Notes: generated by a model not told the origin, from the letters alone. 64,000 nucleotides of DNA from Selaginella moellendorffii (GCF_000143415.4 NW_003314352.1:687282-751281), one strand, 5' to 3'. Positions 37,101-49,039 are shown, numbered from the stretch's first letter. Numbers and translations: made by a program.

Positions 37101-38629
37101 TTGATGATAGGCTAGAATTCAATAGACATAGGGATAAAAGTTGAGTGCTAACTCCCCCCCTTAACTACTCTTATATGGTGGCTATCGCCACTTTTTCATG
37201 AGTCTTGGTAATCTTGAGTGTTAAAGTTGTAATCTTAATTATCAAGAAAATGGTCAAATGCATGGTTAATCTGCTGTGCTTCACTACATGTAGCATATAC
37301 TATTTCTCTTTCCTTAAGCTAACTAAAATAGGGGCAATTTCTTAACAAGAGAGCCTTTAATGGCTATTTTATCCTTATTTATCAACTAAAGTTTCAAAGA
37401 TCTATGGTGACAGTATATCTAAATCTCATCCTATAATCATATATACTACAAAGTGGTATTGAAGATATGGTGAATGAAATGGGAACACCCAATCTTAATT
37501 ACTATACACTAGTTTATTCACACTACCAAGTGTGGGAGATGCTCCCAAAGTTGTGGTCAACAACTCAAAGGTCTTATAGACTTAGTATCTATTAATAAAC
37601 TTATTAAAATGTCTATATAGAAGCCTTAGAGGATTCTATGGATGATAATCAATGATAAACTATTTGGTGGGTTAAGGAATGGTGTTCCTAGTTCAAAGTA
37701 GTGATTTGAACAAATGATATAGTGTGATTTGGTCAAGATGACCAAGTGGGAAGGACATTTAGGGGAAATAAATTGTGACAATACAATAGTGTGGTGAGTC
37801 CAAGAAAATAATCTGTAAAAAGATCCCATATGAGGGTTGCAAAGTTGGGCTATGAATAAAGCCCATAGTAGAAAATGCTAAAGAGACTTACTAAGGGTGA
37901 ACATCCTCTAAACTTGGCAAAACAAAGGTTTTGCTATAGAATTGAAAGGATACCTTGAGGATGTATTATTTGGTGTAACAATCAAATTATAAGAACAAAA
38001 AACTAATGGCTAAGAATGGGCTATAAAAATCATTGGAAAGAATCCAAATGACAGATGATACAAGGAACCAAGGATGAATTTCCCTAATGATTGAATGTAG
38101 TAAAGGTGAAAGCTTCAAGAGATGGAGTGGCAAGGTAGCCAAATAATAGAGCCATAGATAGACTTAGCACAAAATTATAGATAAATATAACTTAATGCCT
38201 AGAGTGCCATGAAATAAAAGAGAGGATGACTCTTAAGTAAAGGATTTTTTATGATAGGGAGATGGAGTTTGCACAACATGTGCAATGTAAAGTATAAGAG
38301 ACACCTCAGTGTTCAAAAGTATGATGGTTATGTTGATAGAAGTTAAAACTACTTCGGATTAAATAGTAAAATTGAGATAAAGATGTCTCTAATAGATTTA
38401 ACAAGAACTAAATAAACAAAGAGAACCACCATATATAATCTAATGAGACTCTAAGTTGAAGGGACTATGCTCTTTAGAGGATGGGCAAGATTTTGTGCTT
38501 TTAGTGTTAAACCATTGACGAATATTGGTTTGGTGGTAAGAATGAAAATGGTAATCTATGATGGGGTTACTTTATAAAATAGTTTATCATTCAATAAGGA
38601 CATCCAACTTCATCTATAGGTGGTGGAGT

Positions 38630-39209
38630 TATGAGACACAAAGCTTTAAGCCCCAAAGTGGAGCTGAAAGGGTGCCACAAGGTAATGATCGAAATGGAAG
38701 TCTAACAAGCATAATATGTTTAGACTCATAAAAGTTCCAACTCTGAAAGTCAAGAGTGGGAGTGGAACTTTGAACAGAGTGTTTGAGGAATGAGCACGAA
38801 ACAATTGGTGAATGAGTCTTTAAAAAGGGACACAAGAAGGATTAACATATAACAAGTGTTGTAACATATGAAAGTATTAGGACTGAGTCCGAGAAGGAGT
38901 CTGATATGGAGTCCAAGAAGGAGTTTGAAATAGAGTCCAATGTAGTGTATGTGGTTTTCACCCTTTATACTATGATTATTTACCATAGGATAGCCATGTA
39001 GCAGAACCTAAACCCTTCATATGCCATGTGCCACATGCCGTGTGTCCAAGGACAGTAGAGTGGAATTTAAGTTTCAAAGCTTTGGGCCACTTAATGAAGG
39101 AATGAAGCCAAACCCCTAAGGTTGCAGCCAAAGCGCAAAGGAACTGAAGCACGGAATGACTCTTGAGCATTCAATCCAAGGAGTGAAGAAATAAGAGCAC
39201 GGAGCGACA
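38630..39209 (+). mobile_element. Stack of truncated LTR pieces (family B start at 38630; family D from 38941; family E from ~39172)
   Basis: 38630 resembles 9550/43674; 38941-39165 resembles 58394-58600; 39175-39209 plus 40359-40392 resembles the reverse complement of 45255-45327. Confidence 0.65.
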
Positions 39210-40353
39210 TGTAAGCCATAAATTTTTCCTTCTCAATTTGCCAGTTTACTATCCGACCAACACTACCTTGGCTTGTGCTAAGTTCCCTCGCCAAGGTTCT
39301 CGCCTATGGTACTAGCTCCTACTTGGTCCTACTTGGTTTCACTTACTCACTTCACAAGCAACGGAGTGTTAGCCATCCATCTACGGATTCCCAAATCTCT
39401 CCCAATCCCCCTCCCCGGGTTAGACTGGACTTAAGGTTTGGCTACACCCCCCGCAGGCACAAGCAGCCAAGCACACCAAGCCTCCAGGTTCCTAACACCC
39501 CTAGGTACAACAAGACTTGATCATGGGACCCTCTAAATCCCAAGCCTTGGGTGCAGCACTTGCTTCAGGACGTCGGGGCGAAACACCATGGCCTAACGGC
39601 CCGGTATGGGTACCTCTACCCCCCCCCCACTTCCATCCCGAAGGGAAGGCCCAAGCCCCTAGGGAGGGCAAGGACCAATGAGCCCCAAGGTACTCAAGTG
39701 GGGCACCACTCCACATGAGCCGGGAGCACCGCAGTCGGTTTCCCTTTCGGGAGTGGGAGCTGCTCTTGAGCACTTCCCTAGGGGGCCCCTCCGGCACCAC
39801 CCAAGCCCATGCTCACTCCCACCCAAGGCCCCTGGGCCCCAGTTTCAACCTCAAGTCGGTTTGGAAGCCCCATTGGAGAGTTCCTTCAAGACGGGTTCCG
39901 GGACCTCACTATCCCTACTATACTTTGGGAACCCCCTGCAGCCCCCCCCCCCCGGGAGACGCACGCTTTGGGCTTTCACCCCTTGACCCGTATTAGTATT
40001 TGGACTTAGTCTCAGATTCGATCTCGGACTCGATCTCAGACCCGACTTCGGACTCGGTCTCGGACTCGATCTCGGACTCGATCTCGGACCCGATCTAGGA
40101 CTCGACTTCGGACTCGACCTCGGACTCGGTCTCGGACCCGATTTGGATCTCGGACTCGGTCTCAAACTCGGTCTCGAACTCGGTCTCCGATTTGGCCTCG
40201 GACTCGATCCCAGACTCTATCTCGAACTCGGTCTCCGAATTGGTCTTGGACTCGATCTTCGACTCGGTCCCATCCGATGAACTCTTTATCATTTCGGTCA
40301 TGTTTTTTGGGGATCCTTTAGCCTATGACGCTTTGGGGAGTCGGTTCCTTACA
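39210..40353 (-). mobile_element. Solo LTR family A (1144 bp)
   Basis: Reverse complement of 9596-10724; TG..CA termini; TSD cgaca (39205-39209/40354-40358); hexamer repeats 40005-40270. Confidence 0.9.
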
Positions 40354-40635
40354 CGACATAGATACAGTCCTAGAGCATCCAACATCTCAATGTGGGGTTG
40401 GATAGTTTTTGAGCTAAGCTCAAGTTAATGAAAGTCAATATAGTCCACCAAATACAAAAGTTGATGTTTAAATGATTGGTTTGGGATGAACCAACAATTC
40501 TATTCAAAACTTAAGACATATTTTCAGTCCAAGAAAAAGCTAAATAATATAAGTCTAATAAGAAAATAAATATCATAAGTCAAAGAAGAAACTCTATATT
40601 ACCACTAAAAAATTTGACTAAAAGAAAAACTAAAC

Positions 40636-42890
40636 TTAGTCTTCTTCGGCATCCACATCCACAAAAGGAGGAGTTCATATAGTATTATGCTCTCTAACTA
40701 TGGCTCTTGTTGTATATAAGCTTGTGCCATTGCTTTTACATAACATGGCAAATTATAACCCACGTCATCGATCCACCTAATATACACAACCATGATAGAA
40801 TTACTATAATGAGAAATTTATACTTTATTATCACCTATTATGAAATGTCCCAAGAACTCCTTCAAATGCACTCTCCTTCTCTAGTGCAAAAATTACACAT
40901 CCAGTCTCTTTAGTTGCTAGCACCATTAAACCAAAACCTGCTGTAGCATCAAGCACAATCCCTTTAGGAGGACAAAACAACTTTAGGAGGATTTGCATGG
41001 CCTTTAGTGAATGGTGTCAATAGCCAGGGAACTCCATATGATGGTCCTCGTGACATTTGGGATGATATCTGTTGAGCTGTCATATCTTGGCAATGCCAAA
41101 CCTACACGCTCATAAGCTCGTGTAATATTGTGATGGCAAGAGTAGGGGCAGAGAGCATGGTAGTTCCATGCTAAAACCTACAATGAAAAGAGGCAATCAA
41201 TTTAAGATAAGAAAAATAACGAAATGCAAACCTTTTGGATTCGGCCACTTGCTCCTTTTATTTCGACCGGGATGTTTGAGAGTAGGCAACCTGATGCAAA
41301 CTTAACCAATCTAGAGTCATCATTCTTCGCCATCGTTGCAAGAAGACCCCCCCAAAATAAAGAATGGGGAAGAATGACTAGTATAATGCCCTCATATCGC
41401 AACACCTTGGATGCCACATCCACTACTTGAGAAATATGGTCGGTTGAATGATGTTCCAAGATGGAGTGTCGCCTTGTAAAGGTGGTAATCCATCAGGCAA
41501 GTTGAAGAACGCGAGGTCGATGCCAAAAGTATTGTTCATTCCAAATCTTTACATCCATCAATGGAACATAGAAGACTCTTGGCTCACATTGTTAGAAAGT
41601 TGAAAATAGTCCTTAATAACTATTTCCACGTTGCCAACACTTCCCATAGGAAAAAGAGGGCAAACCTAAATAGTGTTCAAAACTGAGAAATATTAAAGTT
41701 AGTACATGTTTTTTTTCATACTTGTTTATGTGAAGCTGATGAAGATAACTCTTGGAGGTCATCCTTTGTAGTAGTGGGGAGGGATGGAAAGAACGCATTT
41801 GTATGTCGGCGTATAGAGTGCTAGCTGGTTTCTCTGACATCTACAACCAAATTAAAATAAGCAAAGTCATTGGAAATCAAGTTTTTACTCTCTTGGACAT
41901 CCTCACTATGGAGCTGCCTTCGTACATTTCGAGCAGTCGAGGCTGGATGAGCAGCAATAGTAGGATCTGGGGAATGAGCAAGTGTTGTAGGATGAGATGA
42001 GGCAGGAGAGTTTTCAGCCGGGTTCTCCACTTATTCGTCTTTGGTTTGCTCAATATGAATCTTGTCTCTGTCCTGAGGCATCTCCACTCCCTCCAAAAGT
42101 GCCTCTATAATAAAGTAGAAACATAAGTTACTGCTATGAAGTTTTACTCATCAAACCTAGATGACACTCAAGGTAGAGATCAAGCTCAAAATGTGATGAT
42201 GGCATTTGCCTCCACAACTCCAAGTACCATGGACACAGTTCTCTCTCCCGCATAGTGGGATAGTGGAACTTTAGCTCATACATGCCAAGTTTCTTCCCAC
42301 CAGTTAAGAGCTTGAGAAAAACACTTGCTGTGTACACTGGAGCGCTTGAGCAATGATTTAAATACCTACAAAAGACCCATGATTAAATAAGCAAGTCAAG
42401 TTCTTGCAATATACCTATACGCCATGCAGCACTAGAAAAATAGTTGGCCCAACTGGTTCTTGAAATCTATGGAGCTTGAGCTGCCATCAAGAAGCCATCC
42501 ATCCCCAAGCTCTTGAAGGGAAGCTCAGACATATTTTGGAAGTGTTATCTCGGTGTGGGCACTAGTAAGGAACTTCGTATCCCATGCTTGAAATAGCTCC
42601 TCATCAACCGCAATACTTTGAGTGATATAGAGCTTTTCCTTCATCACATTCTCAAGTTTGCTCTCCAACCTCTTATCATTGTTACGATGCCAAGGGTTGA
42701 AGAGCTCCAAGCAAGAGGTTTGTTTGTTGAAGGAGAGTTTGCTTTTTGCGATGTTATAGATCAATTCTTCATGTGCTTTACCATTTTCTACAAGGACAAG
42801 GATTTCAAAGTGGAATGAAAAAGATAAAAGGGACTAATTTACTGCCACAAGAGCATATCTTTACAATGCAATCCAGCCAATCTTTATCGC
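40636..42890 (-). pseudogene. Spliced beta-class (N6A/N4C) DNA methyltransferase-like gene, 3' part
   Basis: Manual translation: VEIVIKD..IDLAFFNLPDG (motif IV-like, 41489-41521)..VVDVASKVLRYEGIILVI..LLKLFCPPKGIVLDATAGFGLMVLATKETGCVIFALEKE (motif I/II, 40930-40956); GT-AG introns such as 41178-41231 (54 nt); several stops and frameshifts. Confidence 0.75.
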
Positions 42891-43388
42891 GTTGTTGCGA
42901 ATCTAACTTTGGGTATCGAAAGTTACCTGTCGGCCAGTCCTTACGGACACTATTTCCTTACTAGCACGATGGCAGGAGGTCGGTATTGCTAGACCCTTTA
43001 TCAGTCCCTCTTATGCTAGTGGAGTTAACTGGGCATTTCGAGTGTGCTTAGACCAGATGAGCATAAGGACAAAATTCCTATGTGCTATTAGCTAAGTATA
43101 CGTAGCCTGGTAAGGAGTTCCCGTCTTGTTATGTCTTACACTGGCTAGTGACAAGAACCCTCGCATATTGAGATTAATCCCTCAATATTGCTGGATGATA
43201 GCTTACCGTTTCTGCCAAACACCCTCGCTATCATGCTCTTTGTGTTAGTCTTATTTCGGTCCTAAATGCTATTTATGGAAAGTGTCTAGATTTGCTCATT
43301 TGGCATATCTACAGAATGTAAAGATTGACTTGAACACAATGGTGTTCGTCCCATATCAAAATTTGCAATCTAGAGACATTTCATATTT

Positions 43389-45327
43389 AGTAAGTTTTGA
43401 GCTTGCCCCAAAGACTAACTCCTAGTACTAAGGGAGGTTTAGGGTGAAAGCCCAAAGCATGTGTTCCTCAAAGGGGAGCGGGGGGGTTGCTATAGGGGGT
43501 TCTAAATGTATAGGGATAGTGGGTAGGTTGGGCGTGGCTGACCAACTTGAGGCATAGTCTAACTCCCATTTGCATGCCTATCCTTGTTCTGCATCTAGCT
43601 TGCGTCTAAGCCCAAGTTCCACACCATGCTAGTTGGTCGAGTACCCATATCCTTGCATTAGGCCACCGGTATGTGTGAGACACAAAATCCCTAGGCCCCA
43701 AAGTGGAGCAGGAAAGGGTGCCACGTGGTAGTGGCCGAAAGCCAAACGAGTGTACACGTTTGGACTAAAAGCTCTGACTTGGAAGGTCGAGAGCGGGAGT
43801 GGAACTCCCAACAAAGTGCTCAAGGAGCGAGCACAAAGCGAGCAATAAGCAAGGCTCCAAAAAGGGACCCAAAAAGGACCAACACATGACACGTGGAAGT
43901 GTTCGAGATGGAGTCCAAGACGGAGTCCGAGATGGACCCGAGATGGACCGAGGCGGAGTCCGAGATGGAGTCCGAGATGGATTGAGACAGAGCCCGAGAT
44001 GGAGTCTGAGATGGAGTCCGAGAAGGACCCGAGATGGAGTCCAAGGTCGAGACCGAGACCGGGACCGAGACCGAGACCGAGACCGAGACCGGGACCGAGA
44101 CCAGGACCGAGACCGGGACCGAGACCGAGACTGAGGCCAAGGCTGAGACCGAGCCCAAGCCCGAGTCCGAGTCCGAGTCCGAGTCCGAGTTCGAGTCTGA
44201 GAGGGTGAAAGCCCAAAGCATTCGTCTCCCAGACCCTGGGGGGTTTGGTGAGCTCCAAAAGTATAGTAAGGGGGAGGACTGCAATGGAGCCAGTTTGGCC
44301 AGAAAAGGCCAGTTTGGCCCAGGAAGGCCAGACCCAGTGTTGGGTGATGAACTGACCACTGGGAAGTCCAAGACTAGAGTGAATACGGACTGACAAGCGG
44401 GGTAGCTTGGTGAAGTGTTCAAGAGCCGGCTCTAGTTCCCCCGGGAGATAGGCTGGCCGATGCTCCCAGTCCAAGTGTGGGTGGCACTACCTACTTGGAT
44501 ACCAGGCGTGGCTCAACGGAACCTCGCTCTAAGCCCATGGCTAGAGCACCTAAAGGCGAAAGGTGGGGAGAGTACCCAGGTGGCTCGCGTAAGGCCACGG
44601 TGTTCCGAAATGTTGTCCTAAAGGCCCAGACTGTGGAAAGGAAGAGGAGCAGTCCTTTGGGGTAGTGACCAAGGACACAGTCGTGTGGTGAGGAAGTCCC
44701 AGAGGACCGTGGGATTTAGTGGTCGGGCCTATGGGCCTTGATTGAGTGGCAGTTTTGGCGAACATGGCCATAGACAAAAAAGGGACTTGGTAGGAACTAA
44801 CAAAGGGATATTGGGGAAGGCTATTCCCCATGTCTATGGGCATCCTAAGGATGCTAAAGAGTGGATCTGGGTTGACCACTCGTGGGCGGATGGCCCAGTC
44901 TTAGAGAGACGGGATTGTGATGCAAGTGGTATTGGACCACTAGTGCGGCAAAGGTGAATGGGCATAGCCTTAGCGTAACAGGCCGATATGTCAGTGGTGC
45001 CCTTGGGTGTCGGTCTTGGGACCGGACACATGGAGCACTTGGACCAAGTGCAAGCGATGAGTGGCATGGGGGCCATTCTTGGGGCTAGCAAGTCCCCAAG
45101 TTCAGAATGGGACTTATGGAGGTTGTGAGTGAGACTCCTCCAAGCGGTCGAAGGTGTGGTTAAGTGACTAAAGTAGAATGGAAAAATTAGTCACTTACAG
45201 TATGTTAAAATAGCACTAAACTCCATTTGGCTCCATTTTGCGTGCTAGTCTTGGCATTGGGATGTTGGTTGCTCTAGGACTGATCCAAGTTGTTTTGTGC
45301 TCCTGTCCCTTCACTCCTTAGGCTATA
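43389..45327. mobile_element. Truncated LTR of family E hosting a family B solo LTR
   Basis: Shares the gggtgaaagcccaaagc motif (43442-43458); right end 45205-45327 is homologous (inverted) to 39175-39209/40359-40392. Confidence 0.6.
43674..45199 (+). mobile_element. Solo LTR family B (1526 bp) with long hexamer microsatellite
   Basis: Termini TGTGAGAC...CACTTACA; TSD gtatg (43669-43673/45200-45204); (GACCGA)n/(GTCCGA)n at 43900-44200. Confidence 0.9.
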
Positions 45328-46640
45328 CGCTCAGATTGCGAACATATGTGGCTGTATTAATTGCCTCGGCCCAGAACGATAGTGGCATTCCTGCGTGAAT
45401 AAGCATGCTACGTGCACTCTCCATAAGAGTCCGGTTCATTCTTTCAGCAACTCCATTTTGAGTAGGACTATCTAGAGCTGTAAACTGCTGCAGGATACCA
45501 CTCTCATTGCATAGCTTTATAAAATTTCGTGACTTGTACTCGCCACCTCTGTCACTGCATAAAGTCTTGAGCTGCTTGCCAAGAAGATTTTCAGCAGAAG
45601 CCTTGTAAACTTTAAAGTGATCAAGAACTTCAGATTTCTTGGCCAAAAGTCTCAAGATTGTGAAGCGTGAGTAGTCATCGATGAATGTCAAAAAATACCT
45701 CATTCCACGATGACTTTGGACATGGAGAGGCCCACACACATCTGTGTGAACGAGCTCAAGAGGCTGACTGCTCTTGGATTCTGAAAACTTTGGAAATGAT
45801 GTGCGTGCTTGTTTTCCTAGCACACAAGCCTCACAAAATTCAAGCTTGCTTGTAAACTCGAATTCTTGTGCATGTGCTTGATCTCTGGACACTGCTTTGA
45901 GGGCGTCTTCATGCACATGGCCTAGACGCTCATGCCACAACTGGAGATTACTCACTCGAGTTGAGAGCGCTTGATCTGGCTGCTTATCTGGAACAACCAT
46001 GGTGGCGTCAAGTTTATAAAGTCCAGAATAGCGTTGTCCATAAGCCACTGCTTGATCTGTCTTCTCATCTCACATAATAGCCTACTTGGCATTAAAAATA
46101 AAGTAGAAACCATTGTCAGAAGCTGCACCGATTGAGAAAAGATGATATGCCAAGCCTGGAACAAAATACATGTTCCTGATATCTTGTAGCTCTCCTGAGG
46201 CCAACTTTACTTGAACTGTGCCCACTGCTACAACTGAAAGAAGACTCTTGTCTCCTAAACCAACCTGCATGCCTGTAGAAATTTTCCTGAGATTCAGGAA
46301 AGCTTTTTGCCTGCCTATCATGTGCATATTTGCTGCTGTGTCTAGTCAGATTACGTCTTGATCCTGCTGCTGAATAAACACAGGTTCTGGAATAGCTCTT
46401 ACCATGAGAGCTCTTGACTAGTTTGTATAGCCAGTCCTAGTGTTCTTTCTCCCCAATCCTCGAGGATGCCCTGCTAATCTGTCTCGGCATTCTCTGGCGT
46501 AGTGTCCAACTTGCTTACAATAATTGCACTCACCTTTATGCTCGTGTGAGTTGCTATCTCCAGCATTGCTAGCCCTGAAACTGCTTGCAATGTTGCTCGC
46601 ACCAGCCTTGAAACTGCTAGCGCTGCCTCCTTTACTTGGA
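45328..46640 (-). mobile_element. Ty1/Copia fragment: gag zinc knuckle, protease, GAG-pre-integrase and integrase core; no LTR or RT
   Basis: CNYCKQVGHYARECR, LDTAANMHM, LWHERLGH, CEACVLGKQ, LELVHTDVCGP, SDRGGEY, QNGVAERMNRTL. Confidence 0.92.
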
Positions 46641-48100
46641 GAATTCTTTGTTTGCTTGATCCCAAGTCTGCTCGATCTCGGGAGTAACCATGTCTATGCA
46701 ATTTGTTCCGGGGAATGATGATGACACAATAAATGATCCAGTAGTGTGCCTGAATCCAACCTCTGTGAAAAAGGTATAAATAGCCATGTTGAGGTCATAG
46801 GTTGAGTGTACCCAGTGACTTTGCTTAAGACGGCAAAGTGGAATCTGAAGATGTTGGGATCCTTTCCAAGCCATTTCACCTAACACCCTACTGATAGTTC
46901 ATTCATTAGCCTAGACAATAGTCTCACATACTCACTCATTCAAGATTGTGTCAGCTTCTAGCATTGTTACCACCTCATTTCTGTGACCTTCAGGAGCAAC
47001 AGCATGTCTGCCATTTCCACCACCAAGATCTGCCCCACCACCTATAGCACTAGGTGCCTCATTTCTGCCACCAAGTTCTGCCCCACCACCTATAGCACTA
47101 CCACTAGCAGCTTCTCCTATGCTATATATAGGTTTTGCATTTCCACGCTCTCTAGAACCATCTAGCTCTTGCATGCTAACACTTGGATCAGGATCAACCA
47201 TTACTTGGATCTGGACACCACTGCTCCCACTATGGTCTTCCTCTGAAGTAGCGCTTTGAACTTGTGAGGTGTCCCTAATGAATCTAGCACAACGACTTAG
47301 TCGTTTTCTTGGAGAATGGGTCCATTGAGGTTAACTAGCATGCTTCTTCTATTGTGGTATGATTTATATGTCTGCATGAAAATGACAAATAAACTTGAGT
47401 AAAGATTAAAAAAAAGTTTTGAAGAAGAAAAGAAGTAGCTCCCATGGTGTTGGGAAGATTGGTTTGGTGGCAAACCAATCTTCCAGTGCCAAGAAAAGGA
47501 ATAGCACTGAGAAGATCGGTTCAGTGGCAAGCCAATCTTCTAGCATTGAGGGAACAAAAGAAAAAGAAGAAAAGAAGCAGTTCCCTTGGCACTGGAAGAT
47601 CGGTTTGTTGCTGAACCAATCTTCTAAGTGCCAAGGGAACAAAAAAGGAAAAAAAGAAGCAATTCCCTTGGCACTGGAAGATCAGTTTGTCACCGAACCG
47701 ATCTTCTCAGTGCCAAGGGAACAAAAAATGGAAAAAAAGAAGTAGTTCCCTGGAAGATCGGTTTGTTGCCAAACCGATCTTCTTAGTGCCAAGGGAACAA
47801 AAAAAAGAAAAAATGAAGCAATTCCCTTGGCATTGGGAAGATTAGTTTGTCGCCAAGCCGACCTTACAACACCAAGGCAATGACAAGAAAAAACAAAACC
47901 CAGAATCTGATGTGCTAAGAAGATTGATTCACTACTGAACTGATCATTCCAGCGTGAAGTAGCCGTGAGGCGCAAGTTACTTGTGAGCTAGGAGCAAAAG
48001 ATGGGGAGATGGAAAAGCAATAGAGAGAAGCATACCTTGATTGAGGAGTGTCTTTCTAGTGCCTTGAAGAGCATTTAGTGTCCTGATTGAGAAGCATCTT
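46641..48100 (-). pseudogene. 5' exons of a spliced gene, probably the N-terminus of the methyltransferase gene; possible ParB/Srx-like domain start
   Basis: Exon ~46641-46880 reads WKGSQHLQIPLCRLK..FTEVGF..GSFIVS..VTPEIEQTWDQANKEF; Gly-rich exon ~46936-47290 with gtgagt donor; caag/gtatg donor at ~48035; same strand as the MTase exons; cut by the Copia fragment. Confidence 0.5.
47440..47878. repeat. Tandem array of six palindromic (~55-60 bp hairpin) units with A-rich spacers
   Basis: Unit ttcccttggcactggaagatcggtt-N8-aacc(a/g)atcttctNagtgccaagggaa at ~47440, 47504, 47581, 47663, 47746 and 47822; period ~80 bp. Confidence 0.9.
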
Positions 48101-48148
48101 GAAGCACATTGTGAGATTCAAGTGTTTTTTTCTCGCCCTTTCTAATTT

Positions 48149-48230
48149 TTAGGGTTTTATTGCTAGGGTTTGAGCAAGGAATGGTCACAATCAATGGTCA
48201 CGATCAACAGTCATGATTAATGGTCATGAT
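48149..48230. promoter_or_regulatory. Candidate divergent promoter: two telo-boxes and a 13-bp tandem repeat
   Basis: tagggttt (AAACCCTA on minus) at ~48150 and ~48164; atggtcacgatca-like unit x4 at 48181-48230; lies between the two divergent genes. Confidence 0.35.
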
Positions 48231-49039
48231 TTTTATTCTCTTTAAAGGCAATTGCTTTCTAGATTCTAGTGATATGTCAATTTTTTAATAGTACTTGGAT
48301 ATATTTATTGGACAAATCCACTATAAACATAGATTTCACGTGTTCTTTCCAAGGAGACAATCATTCAATGCTTTAGATATTAATTGTATAATTTATTGTG
48401 AGAGGAATAATACTGTTGAAATGAATGAGGTTATGAGTGAGAGGTGTTGATTAATCACGAGAGTTGTAACATTAATTGTTTGTCCTTCCTCTCATCTCCA
48501 TACTCTTTTCCCTTCAAAAGAGTTTCATTTTTTTGTGATAACTGAGAGAGAGTCAAGTTTGGAAAGGTTGGTTCATATGCAGTCTATATGGAATGTCTCT
48601 AAATTGTGAATTTGGACACAAGATAAACACCATTGTGTTTAGGACAATTTCTACATTTCGTAGATATGCCAAATGAGCAAATAGATACTTTCCATAAATA
48701 GCATTTAAGACCAAAATGAAACTAACACAAAAGGCATGATAGCAAGGGTGCAGATATAGTAGAGGCTGTAACAACACTAGTGTTGGGATTTGCAACATTC
48801 CAAGTCTAAGGAGATTCGAGTTTTTTGATCTCCAATCAAAGTGCGAGATTACATTTATACCAAAGCAAATATGAAGCAAGAGTTGGTTGTCATCATTTCT
48901 TCCTCTTTTAGTTCTAGTGGAGATGCTAGTCTAGTATAGCCAAAAATCTACCAACTCCAATTTCACTGATATTCAAAGCTATTTGCAATGCTTTCTAATT
49001 TTCCTGCCTTTCTATTGATGTGCACTCATTTTTGCATAG

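Larger units (their letters stand above)
29042..37283 (-). mobile_element. Full-length degenerate Ty3/Gypsy (Tat/Athila-like non-chromovirus)
   Basis: LTRs 29042-29530 and 36798-37283; TSD ctaca; decayed tRNA-Arg-like PBS 36780-36796 (minus strand); RT YRVNP..VKEELDKL..VPKKSGTLRVCINYKKLNDAT 32237-32422; protease IIDGGANVN ~33400; RNase H ~31250-31550; spans an N gap. Confidence 0.9.

Noticed and set aside
38936-40382. tccaa as the TSD of a family D LTR
   Set aside because: The homologous sequence at 45255-45327 runs through the supposed end, so the match is probably coincidental
43629-44474. Long dipeptide-repeat ORFs (GL, RD, ET, SV, RP), also at 9549-9950 and 39851-40428
   Set aside because: By-products of hexamer microsatellites inside solo LTRs, open in several frames on both strands
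9596-45199. Hammerhead ribozyme/retrozyme in the LTRs
   Set aside because: GAAA hairpins are present, but I found no CUGANGA core with compatible stems by eye
47440-47878. CRISPR-like array
   Set aside because: Spacers are short A-tracts rather than unique sequences, repeats are long and degenerate, there are no cas genes, and the context is eukaryotic
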